From Ramazzottius varieornatus (Eukaryota; Animalia; Tardigrada), in contig BDGG01000023.1 in NCBI GenBank assembly GCA_001949185.1, forward strand, positions 124,176 through 188,000: a DNA stretch of 63,825 bases, in the 5' to 3' direction. A program made the position numbers and the translations under genes. The notes beneath the pieces are model-generated. The model was given only the letters and a program-made list of their open reading frames with translations. It made no database searches and was not told where the DNA came from. Shown here one piece after another: positions 1 to 13,224 of this stretch; position 1 is the stretch's first letter, and each line of letters starts with the position of its first letter.

Positions 1-153
1 CGATGGCGAAATCCGCCCGTCCGAACGTACTTATTTCTTCCCATAAGCTCCTTTTCACGAACTCCGTACTTTTGGCCGTTGCAGGTAGCAAGTGTGCGAG
101 TGCACTTCTAGCCTCGAACCCCGTTCTGAGTACACATTTTTCCATCATGGGGG

Positions 154-788
154 TCATTCGGTGGCGGAAAGGATTAGGGACTCTTGGTCTGGACGATACT
201 TCTCGGGGAAAATTCCCCGTTTCAGTCGCCCATTTTGAGGCGAGTAACTATATCGCAGTGACGTCACACTTCAATAAAATGGGGCGGGCGCAGGCGGAGT
301 TACCAGGTGCAAAACGTCACACGCTCCGCCTTCGGCCCCATCACTATGCTCAATGAGTCCCGAGTCATTTCGGGACTTCCGGGAAACTTCGGCAAGAAAC
401 GGCTGATGTCAATTGATCCCCATGATGGACAAATATGGTTGCGGAGAAGATTTGAGCGCGATTGGATTCTTCCTTGAACTCTGGTGAACGAAATTCCAGA
501 GTACGGGGTTCGTGCAACGGAGCTTAGGTCCGGACCTAACAGGCCTTCATCACTGGTCACTAACAACCCATATCCTTCACGAACTTTCTTTCCAGGAAGA
601 GGATAGAGTGTCTCAGGATCGAAATCGTGTAGCGTTGTGGAAGAAACCACGTCGCCCTTATTGCTTTTGAGGACTACTTGGGTGTTGGCAGCTGTGTGTA
701 ACTTACTGGGACAAGCGCTGGACCGTCCTGCTGCAGGAGACTCAGACGGAAGCTGGAAAGAACTGCGGTTACTAGAAGTGACCGACAC
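154..788 (-). CDS. Possible 3' exons of an unknown protein-coding gene
   Basis: 162-aa ORF (300-788) preceded by a pyrimidine-rich AG. A 56-bp GT-AG intron (303-248) would extend it in frame (FCTCYSPQNGRLKRGIFPEKYRPDQESLILSATE*) to TGA at 154-156. No recognisable domain. Confidence 0.3.
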
Positions 789-1373
789 CCTACTAGAAAA
801 ATATCAAGCATTCAGTGAAACCTTGTCAAAAGGTCGACTGGCGGGACAGCACGGGTAGACTGTCTTTTCCTTAAGCCTCAGCAGACTGCCGAACGACAAT
901 CAACGGGGTTTCGAAAAGACCCACTTCGTCATCAGGACGTTTTCCATGCAGGAAATACTACACAGCGTGTCGAACCATTCATCAGGATGTTCTTCAAGCC
1001 ATGACTCCTGCCGCAGAAACTGTCCGTGCATGCGCTGTGTGGCTGACCGACCTCTGGGTTTTACGTCACCTGCCAGTGCACCCTCTTTAATATCAATCGC
1101 CTAAACGCGTACATCCATTTGGCTTGCTGGGAAGTTTCACGGACCGATACACCAACGCCCAAAAGAACGTTAGCCATCCTGAAGACGAAGAAGTAGACAA
1201 GTAGACGACTCGTGAGCTGTTTTGGAAAAAAGTAGTTCGCCAAAATCTACTGTTATGGTCTCCGCGATATGTCACATTTCTGTATTTTTGCTTTGAGCTG
1301 AACAATCAAAAGCAGGGTCAGTCCGTAAAAAAAAATTTCGAAGAAGTCACGCGTTTAAAGCCAAATCATTTTG

Positions 1374-4300
1374 TCAGTGACCATTAGTGATATTGCTGCC
1401 GTACATTCCGTTGAGTGGGCGAGAAGGATTAACCGATTGTTCCAGACTCTCGTTAATATCTTCATCGGCATCAACATCCGTTCCACTTTCGGCCAGACGA
1501 AAAGCTTCCAGAAACTCATTAAACTCGATTTGACCTAAATAATCATCGCAAAAACGAGCTTTAGCTTCACATTTAACGCTGTGTTGCAGTAGTAAATTAT
1601 AATCGTTTGGTACATCCCATCGAGCCTATAATTACCATCTCGGTTGATGTCCAACGAGGTGGCCAGGTCCTTGATTTGCTCTTCAGTCAAAGGGTTCCCC
1701 ATGTGCTTGTTCAGAAGTATGCAGCCATGCTGGAACTCTTCCATCGTCAGAATGCCTACACGAAAAAATTAGCCTGATTTTTACCGTCACTAAGTTGAGT
1801 GAAGCTGCACTGCGCTGTCCTACCGGAATTGTCTTGATCCATCCAACGAAAAATCACTTCTAGGTTGTCTTTTTGTCGATACAACGTTTCAAACAGAAGC
1901 GGTGTCTGTGTAAAAGAATTAAGAGCTGTAGGTGCAACTGGTAAGAGAGTACCATACGTTCAATAGTTTCCCTTACTGTTCGAGTAGGCGAGGCCTCCAC
2001 GGCAGTGTTCTCATCGAACGTTGTATAGTAATCGACCAGTTGGTGGTTGATCTTGGATGTCTGAACTAGCCGACGCCGGAGAGTCCGCCACGGCAAGCCA
2101 AGCTTCAGCACTTTCTCCACTGCGTTGCACCAGTCTTGGATCTTTATCATGCCTTCAACGAGAAGAAATCGAGTCACCCAGCTACTATAAAGCCCACGTG
2201 ACTTCACAAGTCAGTTTTTTCTCGTACCTGTGTTGCCTGGATCGTAGTGTTCGAAGACATCCAAAAGCTCGGTCTTGTGGGCGAAGAACTGCTGGTGCAA
2301 ATGCGAGATGGCTTTTCCCTCCATGGTGGTTGTGGTCTGCTTCATGGTGAGTCGCTTATGGCCACGGGTGGAAATGTATTGAACGAAGTGTGGATGGAGA
2401 TCTGGTGCCATCAGACGGCAGAACGCCCCACGGTTACTGCCGACTTCGTAATAGTTGGAAGCCGAAAATATCGTCACCACCTGCACAGATACACGATATG
2501 CTAGAGACAATGGCAACCGGTCTGTTCAAAGCACCCTGTAACTAGTGGTGTTCTAATATGGGTTAATGAGATCTAATATAATAAAAAAAAATATCCGCCG
2601 TCCATCAAAGTTCTAATAAGTGACCACCACTATAGTAAAACGTCTACCTGATTTAATAAAATATTACTGTAGTAGAACTTTCGGGGGTTTGTTATTAAAA
2701 TATATTTTAATATCGGAGAGCTCGACGGAAGATCTAAAGATTCAGAATCACAACCATCAGATCAGCAAAAACACTGTAGTACAGCCTGCACCCTGCACCT
2801 GCACACTGTAACATGGCCGATTGAAGTGTCAGACTGTATGCAGGTGCACGATGTTCAAGGGTATTTATTCTGCAGTAGCCCTACTGTACTGCTGTAGAGG
2901 CATCATTATGGCGTGGCGCACTTTATAAGGCGTGGTCGCACATCGAGAAACCAACGCACGCGCATCAGAACTCAGCAAATCAACCAGTTTTTCGAATCAG
3001 CGGTAGCGTTAACCCGTATTAAAATTTATTTTACTATGGATGATGGACAACTTAATAATAATAAAATATGGCACTTCCGGTTTCAAGCTACTAAAATATA
3101 AATATTGGAATGCGGTGCCAAATTCTGTTTACTAAATATTACTAAATATAGTAGATGCTAAAAACATCTACTATCATCTACTTTAATATAATATTACTAT
3201 ACTAGGACATCACTACCTGTAACCATTCACCGATTACAGCCAGTGGCGGCCCATAAAATAAATTTGCCAGAAAAGACAGCTAGTACTGCAAAAGTATGAT
3301 CTCTCGATGACGTAGATTTTAAAGTGGACCAGAAGTACGATGACGTAATCGGGTGGGAAAATTAGTTTTTGAACTATGGTGTGGAGCGATATTAGGAGAT
3401 GCTGACAACTAATGCGGCATACTCCACGAAGCGCACCGATCACAGGCGCCGGCTGGACAAAAATCGTTTCTGTCGGCGTGCTTTCTGAATGTCGTCCTAG
3501 CATAATTCATCACTTTGCAGCAGCGGCTTTCGGCAAACCAGTCCATATTATAGACGGAGAAAAAATTATGTTGCGTGTTGTGACTGTGCGATACATGAAG
3601 TTTTCGAATAAAGGCCAAATCTTCGAACTGGAACTTTCGGAAGGTTACGTCATTGGATTTTACACTACCTGTACTTAAGGATTACGTCGTCCACAGGTCG
3701 TACATGTGGGCAACATATGTCTTTACTGGGAAACCATTTTGTAGGGCCGCCACTGATTACAGCGGTACTCCGCGACGACGTCACGCGCAAGTCCGGGGCA
3801 GCGCGACAGATGCTGAAGTAGTTTTGCGAACATTCGAACAGAGAAATTTCGCGCTGGTAAACTTTTTATGGTTGGAGCGGAATCACAAGCCACGCTGACG
3901 TCACGAATGGTGGAACATTGGTCTACAGTTACGGGCTGCTCGTCAGTACTGCCGGCTTTCGGTGGTAAAACTCTGCACGTTGCCCGTTTTGACGGTGATT
4001 AATTCTTTCGATTTCACGTACCCTGCCTTCGTGCGTCAGCTCATATCCTTCCTGTTTGCATTCATGGGAACGGATCATATATTGTAATCCATGGTTGTTC
4101 AGGAACTGTCGACTAATATCCGGCCCGAAGTAACAACCTCCTCCGCGGAACGTATTAGGCCGACACCCATCTGTGGGGGCTGGATCGCTCCACAACAGAT
4201 CCACGAGCTGTATCAAATCAAGTTGAAGGTCAGATCACGATTGTAGTATGAAGAGAATCAAAACAAGCGTGTTACACATACCTGCTTCCATTCAAAAGTC

Positions 4301-6509
4301 GCTTCATCAGTATCAAGTTCAGGCACCCGTAAAAAGGCTTTACTGTCCGTAACCTTGCCACTAGTATCCACTGTTTCGACCTGTTCAACCTCCACGTCGT
4401 GCGCATTGGTACCGTTATAGTCAGCCGGAAGACCGTCTACTTCCAACGGTGGATTCAGAACGGAAGTGTACTGCAAAATAAACAAGCACAAATAATTATT
4501 CGATCAAGGCTTTACATAAGCTGGGTGCATATTTTATGGGTGATGTGCACCGTAATCTGGTCATGGAAAAGATGACACACGCACCTTTGATCGTTTTATC
4601 GATTGGATGGCTTTAAGGTCAGTTTGGTCGGAAATGCCTCCGTGACATACAAACACTTTCTGGTCGATGATTGTGGCGACAGGAAGCCAACCAAAGACAT
4701 CCGACACCAACCGGCGAATCTTTTTGGAGTCCGATTGCTGTCAACAACAAAAAAACTTTTTTTTCTGCTTGCTGACGCCCTGTGGTGTTTATAACTGTGA
4801 AGAACGCTCTTTGGCTTACTCGGTACTTGTTGGTGATTTCTCTAATGAAGCCATACCTAAAAGTCGGGATAACACCTGTACCAGTAAAGGCTTCTTCAAA
4901 AAAAGTTGAAAAGCTGACGTTGGCAAGCCGGACGGGGTACCTTAGATTCATTACATGGTCCTCGCTGAAAATATGGAAAGACCTTGAATATTCCCGCATA
5001 TGATACGATCACGAGGAAAATACAGGGGAAAACCTACTAACTGGTATGACGTGCGGTTGGTTTTCTAGCTCGGGAACTTACTGATTGCCTCTGTTTATGA
5101 ACACGGCGTTGGGATTAGTGATTAAGGCCATCAAAATAATCAGCAGAATCTCCACCGAAAAGAATCCTCGGTCAACAATATCACCTGAGAAAAGAAGAAC
5201 AAAGTCCTGAGTTAGGATCTCTGAGAATTTCACCCGCGCTTTATGGGAATGAAATGTTTGGTCTGAACTCTGACTGTTATAAGATGTTATGTTACGTGAG
5301 CAAGAGGCGTACACCTGTTTAGCAATCACTGAGTTCAATGAGTTTTCCTTCTTGCGAATGCGAGAATACCATTAAAAATGAAAGGGTTTGTGGTGTCAGG
5401 TAAGCCGGCCTTGTAGAAAATAATGAGCAAATCATCCAGCTTGCCGTGAAGATCACCGATGACATTGATTTTCTTTGAAAGCGACGTGGAGGCATGCCTG
5501 ATATTAGGCATAGTCTTGAGTACAATGCGGGCTTCGTGGAGTATCTCCAGAACGTAACGCACATGGATGCGCTGTAACCAGAAAACTCCTAATAATCAAA
5601 TGAAACGAGTTCCAATCATAGTTTCTACGAGAGTTTACGTGTTTCCCCTTGACGGATTCAATGAGCTGTTCGAGGGCGTTTTGGTGGTAAGGTTTCTCGA
5701 GACGGAATCCTTGGTAGGAACCAGGCACTTGGTAAGCTTCGTACTCCGTGGCTTTGAGCAGCTCCGCGTCGGGTGCGATGATAGCGTCGGCCAACATGGC
5801 GGTCTTGAAGTCTTGACCTGATAAAGCTACATGAACGTACGAAGAAGAACGAGGGTTACAGGGGATGCAATACACGCAGGGATTGGGTATTGGACGAGGA
5901 AGTCAGGAATGGACAGTTAACTTGCTTACTGCGTCTTCGGACGGTGCTGACGGCAGAAGCCACGGTAGGACTGTTGTGCGACAGCGACGCGAGAAGTTTC
6001 TCATTTCCCAGTAGGTCGTTGAAAAAGTTTTGCAGCTGGAAAAAAACAAGCCTTGGCGTTGACCGTACCTGTTCGTTTACCCTTTCTCTCCAAGCTGTTG
6101 TTCCCATTAAAGTTCAAAATTTCCGTTTTTGGTTCGACTAGTCCTGAAATCATGCTTTTTGATTTGTCAGTCATGTAGTATCCGACTTTCAGAAACGTAT
6201 TTGATTTAGGAACCACACGTCGAACCCGGAAGTAACCTTCAAGTGGTCTTGTTCGTCTGCGTATTCCATTTTCTGCAAATTAAAAACGAGGAATTGAGCA
6301 GTTTGAGTTGATAATATGGAGGATTTGATTAGACGGGGTGTGTCGCCTGTTGCGTCACGTGTAAGTCTTTGAATGGTGCGGAAGATACCAAGGACGCTGA
6401 CAGCCTTCTGCTCCCGTACCTGGAATATGGTCCACGTGTAGGCTCGCTGCACGTCATGAGCCGCACGATAACGTCGATACCATCTTTGGATTAGCATCGC
6501 TGCTTTCAT
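1374..6509 (-). CDS. PPEF: Ser/Thr protein phosphatase with EF-hands (PPEF/rdgC family), multi-exon
   Basis: N-terminal IQ motif [14 protein letters not shown]...WTIFQ, then EYADEQD. PPP motifs GDLHG (~5450), GDIVDRG (~5180), NRGNHE (spliced), [26 protein letters not shown]-terminal EF-hands ([25 protein letters not shown]). Stop TGA at 1374-1376. Start codon is approximate. Confidence 0.95.
2543..3215. mobile_element. Non-autonomous hAT-type element (673 bp) in PPEF intron
   Basis: Imperfect TIRs TAGTGGTGTTCTAATAT / ATACTAGGACATCACTA. Perfect 8-bp TSD CCTGTAAC at 2535-2542 and 3216-3223. AT-rich interior. Confidence 0.85.
3241..3755. mobile_element. Non-autonomous hAT-type element (515 bp) in PPEF intron
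   Basis: TIR CAGTGGCGGCCC...GGGCCGCCACTG (about 38 bp, imperfect). Perfect 8-bp TSD ATTACAGC at 3233-3240 and 3756-3763. Confidence 0.9.
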
Positions 6510-8608
6510 ACCTGCAGAATAATCTGTGAAAACGGATGGCATTTTCGACCACTCTGGTCAGTCAAAGCCATATTTTGAACCCGGCAAAGTGTTTGACTAC
6601 TGGAAGGATCAACCAGCAAAAGCGCCACTTGTGGCTCCGACTGAAAAAGTTGTCAGGGTCGAAATTCCGATCGTAAGAAGTGCCTACTTTTTTCGATCCT
6701 AGTTGGTTTCCGGTATCTGCTGGGCCTGCATCCCGAAGCCGCCCACGACACGCAGGTGCGTCGCAGTTTCCGTAGTTGCTCCGTGTTTGCGAGTTGTACT
6801 CCAAACTTCCTCTTCAGTGAAGTCGAAACAGATGTTGAGATGACTTTGGCTCGGTCGGCACGAAAATATGAGCTATGCTGTCTATACTGATTCCTTCACG
6901 CTAGAGTGAGCTCTTCTGGCACGTATATCGATTCTACTATCATGAGAGCAATGGTAAACAGCTCGAGTCGAAGTCCAGTAAACATCATGTGCCGGCAAAA
7001 TATACGACAAAGGTAAGAAAACACGCATATCCACAGTGCGAAAAGAAGATGAAAAGGATTTCGTGAGGGCAAGTGGTAGAGGAAGGTGCTGGAGATTACA
7101 ATCGCAACTCTATGCATTGACAATGAGTATGTACACAGTATACAGCAGGACCGAGCCGCAAACCCATAATCCTTGAAACGATGCTTGCAAATGGATGAGT
7201 CGGAAGCACGGTTGGGTACTCCAGGTAGGAGAGAGGGAAGATATAAGAGAAGATAATGCACCGCACTTTTGCGGTCTCATTCATCAAAGGTAGAAACTGG
7301 TATAATTATGACGTGTTGGGCTAGAGCAAGCCAAGAAGGGCAGACACTTGGAGGAGTCAGCAGGTTGTGTTTTGTCTCCAATGGATCGATACAGAGTACC
7401 ATCATATCTACTAATCAAGTCTCAACAGATGCGCCGCTACCATGTAAAGGTTCGGTGAAGGAGAAACACCTCAGCCGGTTTTCCGTCTCGCGGGGAGAGG
7501 TATACGTCTTGTGTTCATCACACCCACGGAGATTTTGTCCAAATTACCAGAGTAGCTTCGTCGATCTCGCGCCAGACAACACGCTTGAATGATATGAGCT
7601 CGTAAGTACCAACAGTACACGCCCAGGCGGGGAAAGACCGCAAAATGGAACCTCAACCGTAGAAAAGAGTCGAAAGATGAGTTGATGCCAGCAGAAAACG
7701 GCGACTTGGCAGGCCGTTGAGTACAAAGGTCTAAAGGGCGGAGCTCGGTGCCCATAGAAAATGGTGATTTGCACCACGCCCCCTTGGAAAATGGCGATGT
7801 GTACTGTCGATTTCCAGACCGGAAACATCTGATAGTTTGATCCTACTGACATTGCCCGTTCTGACGTCACTTTCTAGCCCTTGTGGTCTGCTAAGTCGTC
7901 ATTTTATATTGGCATCCAGCTATTAATGTATTACTGTGAATCAGGCGCGTACGTACGTGCTTCCGTACCGCCGTAGCGAAAAGGCATGGCCTATGGTTTT
8001 ACTCGCCCATAATTTTTACCGACCCATGATTCCTCGTCGTGCGTGTACAAAAAAAAAGATCGTGGGCATGGACAAACTTCTAGGCACCGGCCGAAAGCGG
8101 CTGCACTTCGATAATTCGATTCATTGGTCGGTCTTAGCTAGCCCTGCCGCTTTCAGCGAGTGCCCAAAATTTTGTCCATGCCAATAATTACGAAAAGCAC
8201 GTGTACTGCTTTCACCACATCGAGAGGACTTTTTCGCCCTTTGGTTTGACGTGAATGCGCACAGTGAATTGAATTGGTGACACCGACGTGCGCACCACAG
8301 AACTCTAGCTTCGAGGCAAGAGGATCCCTATGCAGAATCGCACACGGCGCTGTCCTGAGTACGTATCTCGCTGGTTCTCTGCAAATCTCGAGCATATGCC
8401 TTTCGTAGACAGCCTGTGAGGTCTCTGTTGAGGAAGTCCAAAGAAGATGCCAGGTTCCTGCAAACTGAATTGCAGTATCCTCGAGACGATGTCCATACAG
8501 CGCTAGCTGTACAGCCGCGGGTTGTCACTGTCTGGAAACTACGCGCGCTGGTAGGTCGGTTTGTCTAAAGACCAAGATCTTTTTGCGATGCCCTCAGCGC
8601 TTCTATTA

Positions 8609-9209
8609 CTGTAGTGCTCGCAGTTTATCGCGCACTCAACCACGTGAACAGTAAATAACGCCCGATCGGGGATTTTAGACGTTGTACTGCTTTATCAACA
8701 ACCAATGATTGGCCATCGGTTAAGACAAGTGTTATTCTGAAAAGTCAAACTCAAATTGCTCATTTCCATCTGGAGCGTTTTCCGGTATCTGCTCACTTTT
8801 CTCCGGTCCTCGCTTGCCCGGAATCTTTGCTTTGTGAAGCAAAAACATGAGGTTCCGTGAAGCTTATCAGCTGCTTATGGAACAGGTATCATTCGACTCA
8901 CCACCAGCTGCGCATGGCTGATTCCGGAATTCCTGTAAGCTGCTTTCTCCTCGATAATCCGCTCTCTTCATAGTTTCTCAAAGCTTTCTCCGCATCCTCA
9001 TCGCTATAAATATACGGGTCCTAGCCATGACAATGTTTTCTACCTTCGGATCCAGTGAAAGAAACTGGAATTTGGACCGGATCGTTTTTCAAAATAACTG
9101 ACGACCCATTAAAGTCAATCAACTCATGCCCTTCTGGCAACAGCTGATCTTGCCGGGCAAACCTGACTAATCACGTGGTTGAGTGCGCGATAAACTGCGA
9201 GCACTACAG
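8609..9209 (-). mobile_element. pogo/Tc2-like deletion derivative with decayed transposase HTH
   Basis: Perfect 39-bp TIR CTGTAGTGCTCGCAGTTTATCGCGCACTCAACCACGTGA, flanked by TA on both sides. Minus strand ~9028-8900 reads MARTR/YSDEDAEKALRNYEESGLSRRKQLTGIPESAMRSW (HTH_psq/CENP-B-like) with a frameshift and stops. Confidence 0.85.
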
Positions 9210-9857
9210 TACTTCCGAATATTGCAGTCGGACTATCTTGCTCATGAAATTCTGTCTTCGGTATGATGATACTGTAGTAACTCAACCTGCATAAACCACC
9301 AACGGGCCTCGTGTGACTCACCTACTGAAGCTTAACACCTTTTCCACCTAATGTGACACCCAGTGGTTCCTCGAGAAGTGTCAAAAGTAAAAGTAAATAA
9401 TTGTGTAACGCTGATTGTTATTAATGGACGAATGATCAACCGATTGATTCCGTGTGCGACGTTTTACCGATTTTCGGTACTGCCTTAAGGACGCTAAGCT
9501 TTTAACCTAGAATTCCAGCAAAACAGTGTCGGTATTAACAAGTCGGTATTAACTAGTCATTAACAAACCGCGAAGGCTTCTGTCCTATCAACTACTGTAT
9601 ATCAGACAAACAGTGTCAGTTTTCGTGAAGGTTCAATGTACGAGACAAACAAATTAAACTGGGCAGTGGTACGCGAAAACAGCGGCGAAGTAGCTCGCAC
9701 TTTACAGTACTTCGCCGTGGAGTTTGCCAACTTGCTTGGGACAGATAGGGTCAAATATTGCCGCTGGAAAGACGGGACCTTATGTTCGAGCCACACATTG
9801 CTTACAATCATAGTAGCCAGGAAAATGGAGTGATAGCGGAAAGGGATCTAAAACTGA

Positions 9858-12218
9858 TTACATTCGCAGTGCAAACTGCAAATTTTGTCGCGAGACCGTC
9901 ATGATCATATCCCGATCGGATTGTAAATCGTCCCCATCGATGATCCACCAGGTGGTTTCGTCTGCCCTTTTACTACATAAAGGGGAACAACATGGCGATG
10001 AGACTGATGCATGATATAAGAGACTAAAACTAACTGCGCATAAGACTGAGTCGCAGCCAAATGGTGGCACTGACACCCAGCACAAGAACCATGCAAGCCC
10101 GTTTTGGTATGGAAAGTCCGATTGAGGAACTGACGGTGGAGAACCCTGCCGTCCCCTACCATTGAAGACCGGCTCTTGGCCACCAGTCCGTCCACAGCCT
10201 GTTCATTGGTGCATAAAAAGGCGTGCCACCGTAATCACAACTACTCGATTTCGAACAACCACGCCTCACCTCCGTGATCATCAGCAGCATATCGTAAGCA
10301 GCAAACAAATGCGGGTTCTGATAACAGTAAGCTCTTCACAGTTTGGTACAATGCAGGCGATGCATCCCTTCGCGCCCTCACGAGGTTTTGCGGCATTAAT
10401 CAACGGTAACCAGCGTCATGTGAACACGGGAACGGGTGCGTTTCCGACATTGTAGTTGTCCTCCACATCAAGACAACTCCTTATCTTACCGGCTTAGACA
10501 AGGAGTAGGTGAAATTGAATAATTCCTCCGACCGCTGGCGCCAACCATATTTGATACGGTAATACGGAGTACCTTTTGGCGGAGCATCTCGGCTTTGATC
10601 TTGTTCAAGTATTATGACCGAATCATAGGCTTGTCTGACGATCTACCAGAACCAAACGGACGACAGATGAACGGCCGAGACATATACATAGACCAAGAAA
10701 CAATCTACCTGGTCGTCTTTGTCGTTCCATCTCCATGTGAAGCCCGTGGCGTAGTTCCAGTAAAATATGTGCACCTACAGAGACGACCACGTATGGCAAG
10801 CAGCAAGACCCTTGATATACACTGTAGAGTTTCGGGAAGCAAAAGTAATTCGATCAATACAATATTTCTGCCAAGGGACGTACACAGAGCTAGCGTTTGG
10901 TGCCACGTGACTGCGATTTTTTTGAAATTCGACGAGGCATTGTCTTCGACTTCCTTCGACTTCCTGTGCCCGTCAGAGAACGTCCTTTGATACACTGGAA
11001 TGTCTCTACGAAATTCGTAGGGACATACTAGAGAATCAACGGGACTCAACCAAGGACCACCGAGGTCAGGGGCAGGGCTCCTTTGATTTCCGAAAAAATG
11101 TAGTCGCGTGGTGCCCAGTCGCTGCCTCTGACGTGACGTACATATTCGCCATTGGTCATGTTCAAGTTGTAGGCAGTGATCTGTAACGGTAAGAAAAAAG
11201 TCCGAGCTAGGCCCAGTTCGCCTGCAATATATGATAGTAAACATTACACTGATCGTGATACCAGTATGTTTCGCATAGCTTGTTTGCTCATTCCGGAATA
11301 AATCACCACTGCAAAGTGACAAAACCTGGGTGACAGAAAAAAATACGTTTCCGTTCATGCCAAGTTACAATGTATCACCTCGAGCTTTCTCACTGAGAAC
11401 GGTAAGCGCTGCGATATAGTTGAAGGATGGCGTGAATCCATCAAAAACTACTATCTCGACATCCGAGAGAACTGCAGCCAAATCACGCTTCACGGCTTGT
11501 GCTGTAGAACAGGAGCGTCCGTTTTCGGGCTCATCACACGCTAGAACTATCGTTGACCAGTTGTAGAACTGGCACAGTGAGAGGACGGAGACCGAAACAG
11601 TTCGGGAACCGGTAGCCCGAGCTCCCATCGTGATACGGGTTGGCCATTTCGCCTTACCCTGTAAATCCGGTGGGACCACACTGTAAAGTAACTCCAGCTC
11701 TACACACGCTTCTAATCAGGAAGCGACCAAACTCATTCCATCGACAGCAGACTACATCCGCCTACCTCATATGAAGTTTTTGAGTATTCAAGGCCAAGAC
11801 TGCGGCAGCTTGACCAAAGATGTCTACGGAGACACGACACCGGTAAAACGATCTTTGAAATATTTTGGCGAACTGAGATACCTGCAGTATTCGTCAGGAA
11901 GGACGTCACGTTCGCCGCTTCCCATCGCGCAAAATTCCGATAGTAAAATTGCCCTAGAAGGTCGTGCGCAAAAGGTGTCAAACCGACATCGGTGCATTCT
12001 TCAGGAACAGAGATAATATTGTGCCGAGCTCGAACGCAAGGGTAAAGGCGGCCAATATCTCGCAGTGCCTCTTCGAAAGCTGGTTGCACGTAAAATAGGC
12101 CTCCCGGATCCAGTCCACAATACAAAGCAAGTGTGATAATTTCCACATGCAATAGCGAAGCGGTTGTGCAGTTTGAAGCCGAGCTGTTCCAGGAAGTCAA
12201 GGTTTTTGCTATCAACAT
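9858..12218 (-). CDS. Natriuretic-peptide-receptor-type (ANF_receptor) ectodomain gene, probably degenerate
   Basis: Exons read VEIITLALYC...PAFEEALRDIGRLYP, FYNWSTIVLACD, ALTVLSEKAR, LNMTNGEY, FNFTYSLSKP and DGRVLHRQFLNRTF, collinear with the paralogues at 34605 and 40561. The 3' exons are hard to join, and no TM or cyclase exons were found. Confidence 0.65.
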
Positions 12219-12619
12219 TTTAAGAAGCGTGACTAAACTGTCTGATAGTTTCGATCCACCTCGGACTATCAAAATGATAAAATTGCATCACAGATTGTTC
12301 GAGCAAGGCTGATGCTAAGACGGAAAATCGTCCACAAAACCCGATAAGGTCCAGGAGGGAAGCTGCGGACGCTTGAAACTGGTTGTGTGACAAACACTGA
12401 AATGGTCCTTTGGATTAGGGCAAGTCGAGCGCCCAACTAGTGAAGGCAAATCTGGTCCGCGGAAAGTAATTGTGGTCTAGTGTTGCCATTAGTACTAACT
12501 CGTACAGAAATGGAGTAGAACCGACGCGCGAGAACACGACTCCTGAATGCACCGATGGTTACTTCCGCCTCCCATCCGTACCCCCTTTCCGCTAAACGAC
12601 TACAAGTGACGGTCACTGC

Positions 12620-13224
12620 TCATCCATCAGCATTTGCCTTCCACCACGGCTCTTTATCAAATGGCTTATCAGAAACGAGCGAATTTTGTATAATACATCT
12701 CTGTCTACTTTTGTTTTGATCGGAGGTATAACTACATCGAAAACTCGAGATGGTGTTGTGGAGAAGACAGTAAAGCGTATAAGGACAAGCTCGCGTTAAA
12801 GTTCGAGCCAAGAACAGGGCACCTTTGAAAGCTCAGTCCCAGAATTCGTCTAAGAAGTCCCATCAGCGTAGTACAGAAATAAGCGCCTTCATACTCGTAG
12901 TTGTCTTCCTCCTGGTCGCCGTACATTTGCTTGTCGAGTTCAAGAAAACGATGCAGGACCACAGACGCCCTTGGATGCTTGACGAAGTCAGCCATATCAC
13001 CGCTTTCAAAGAAGCCCACAGCTTCCTTGTTACCATTGTTAGACCTGTCAGAATACAACATACAGTACATGGTTTTCGCTCCCGTCGGTGTCAAAAATTG
13101 CACCATTCCCAAAAAGAAAAGCGTCAGTTTTACAATTTTTACCTGCTAGTCAGATTAACATCTCCAGGATGGGGAATTTCATGAGCGGTCCGCCTCGGGA
13201 CAGCAGCTGCCTTGAATAAGTCGG
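12620..13224 (-). CDS. Orphan spliced gene fragment (three phase-compatible exons)
   Basis: Exons 13224-13143, 13044-12823 and 12731-12620 join in frame through GT-AG introns: ADLFKAAAVPRR...GFFESGDMADFVKHPRASVVLHRFLELDKQMYGDQEEDNYEYEGAYF...KPFDKEPWWKANADG*. No family recognised; start not found. Confidence 0.4.

Noticed and set aside
6686-6880. Upstream PPEF exon reading GCRPS...RIEKS, like a myristoylated MGC start
   Set aside because: Splice phase fits, but there is no in-frame ATG (TCG precedes GGA TGC). Treated as 5' UTR or unresolved.
10705-11358. 217-aa ORF as a standalone gene
   Set aside because: It is a read-through of introns and exons of the ANF-receptor-like locus.
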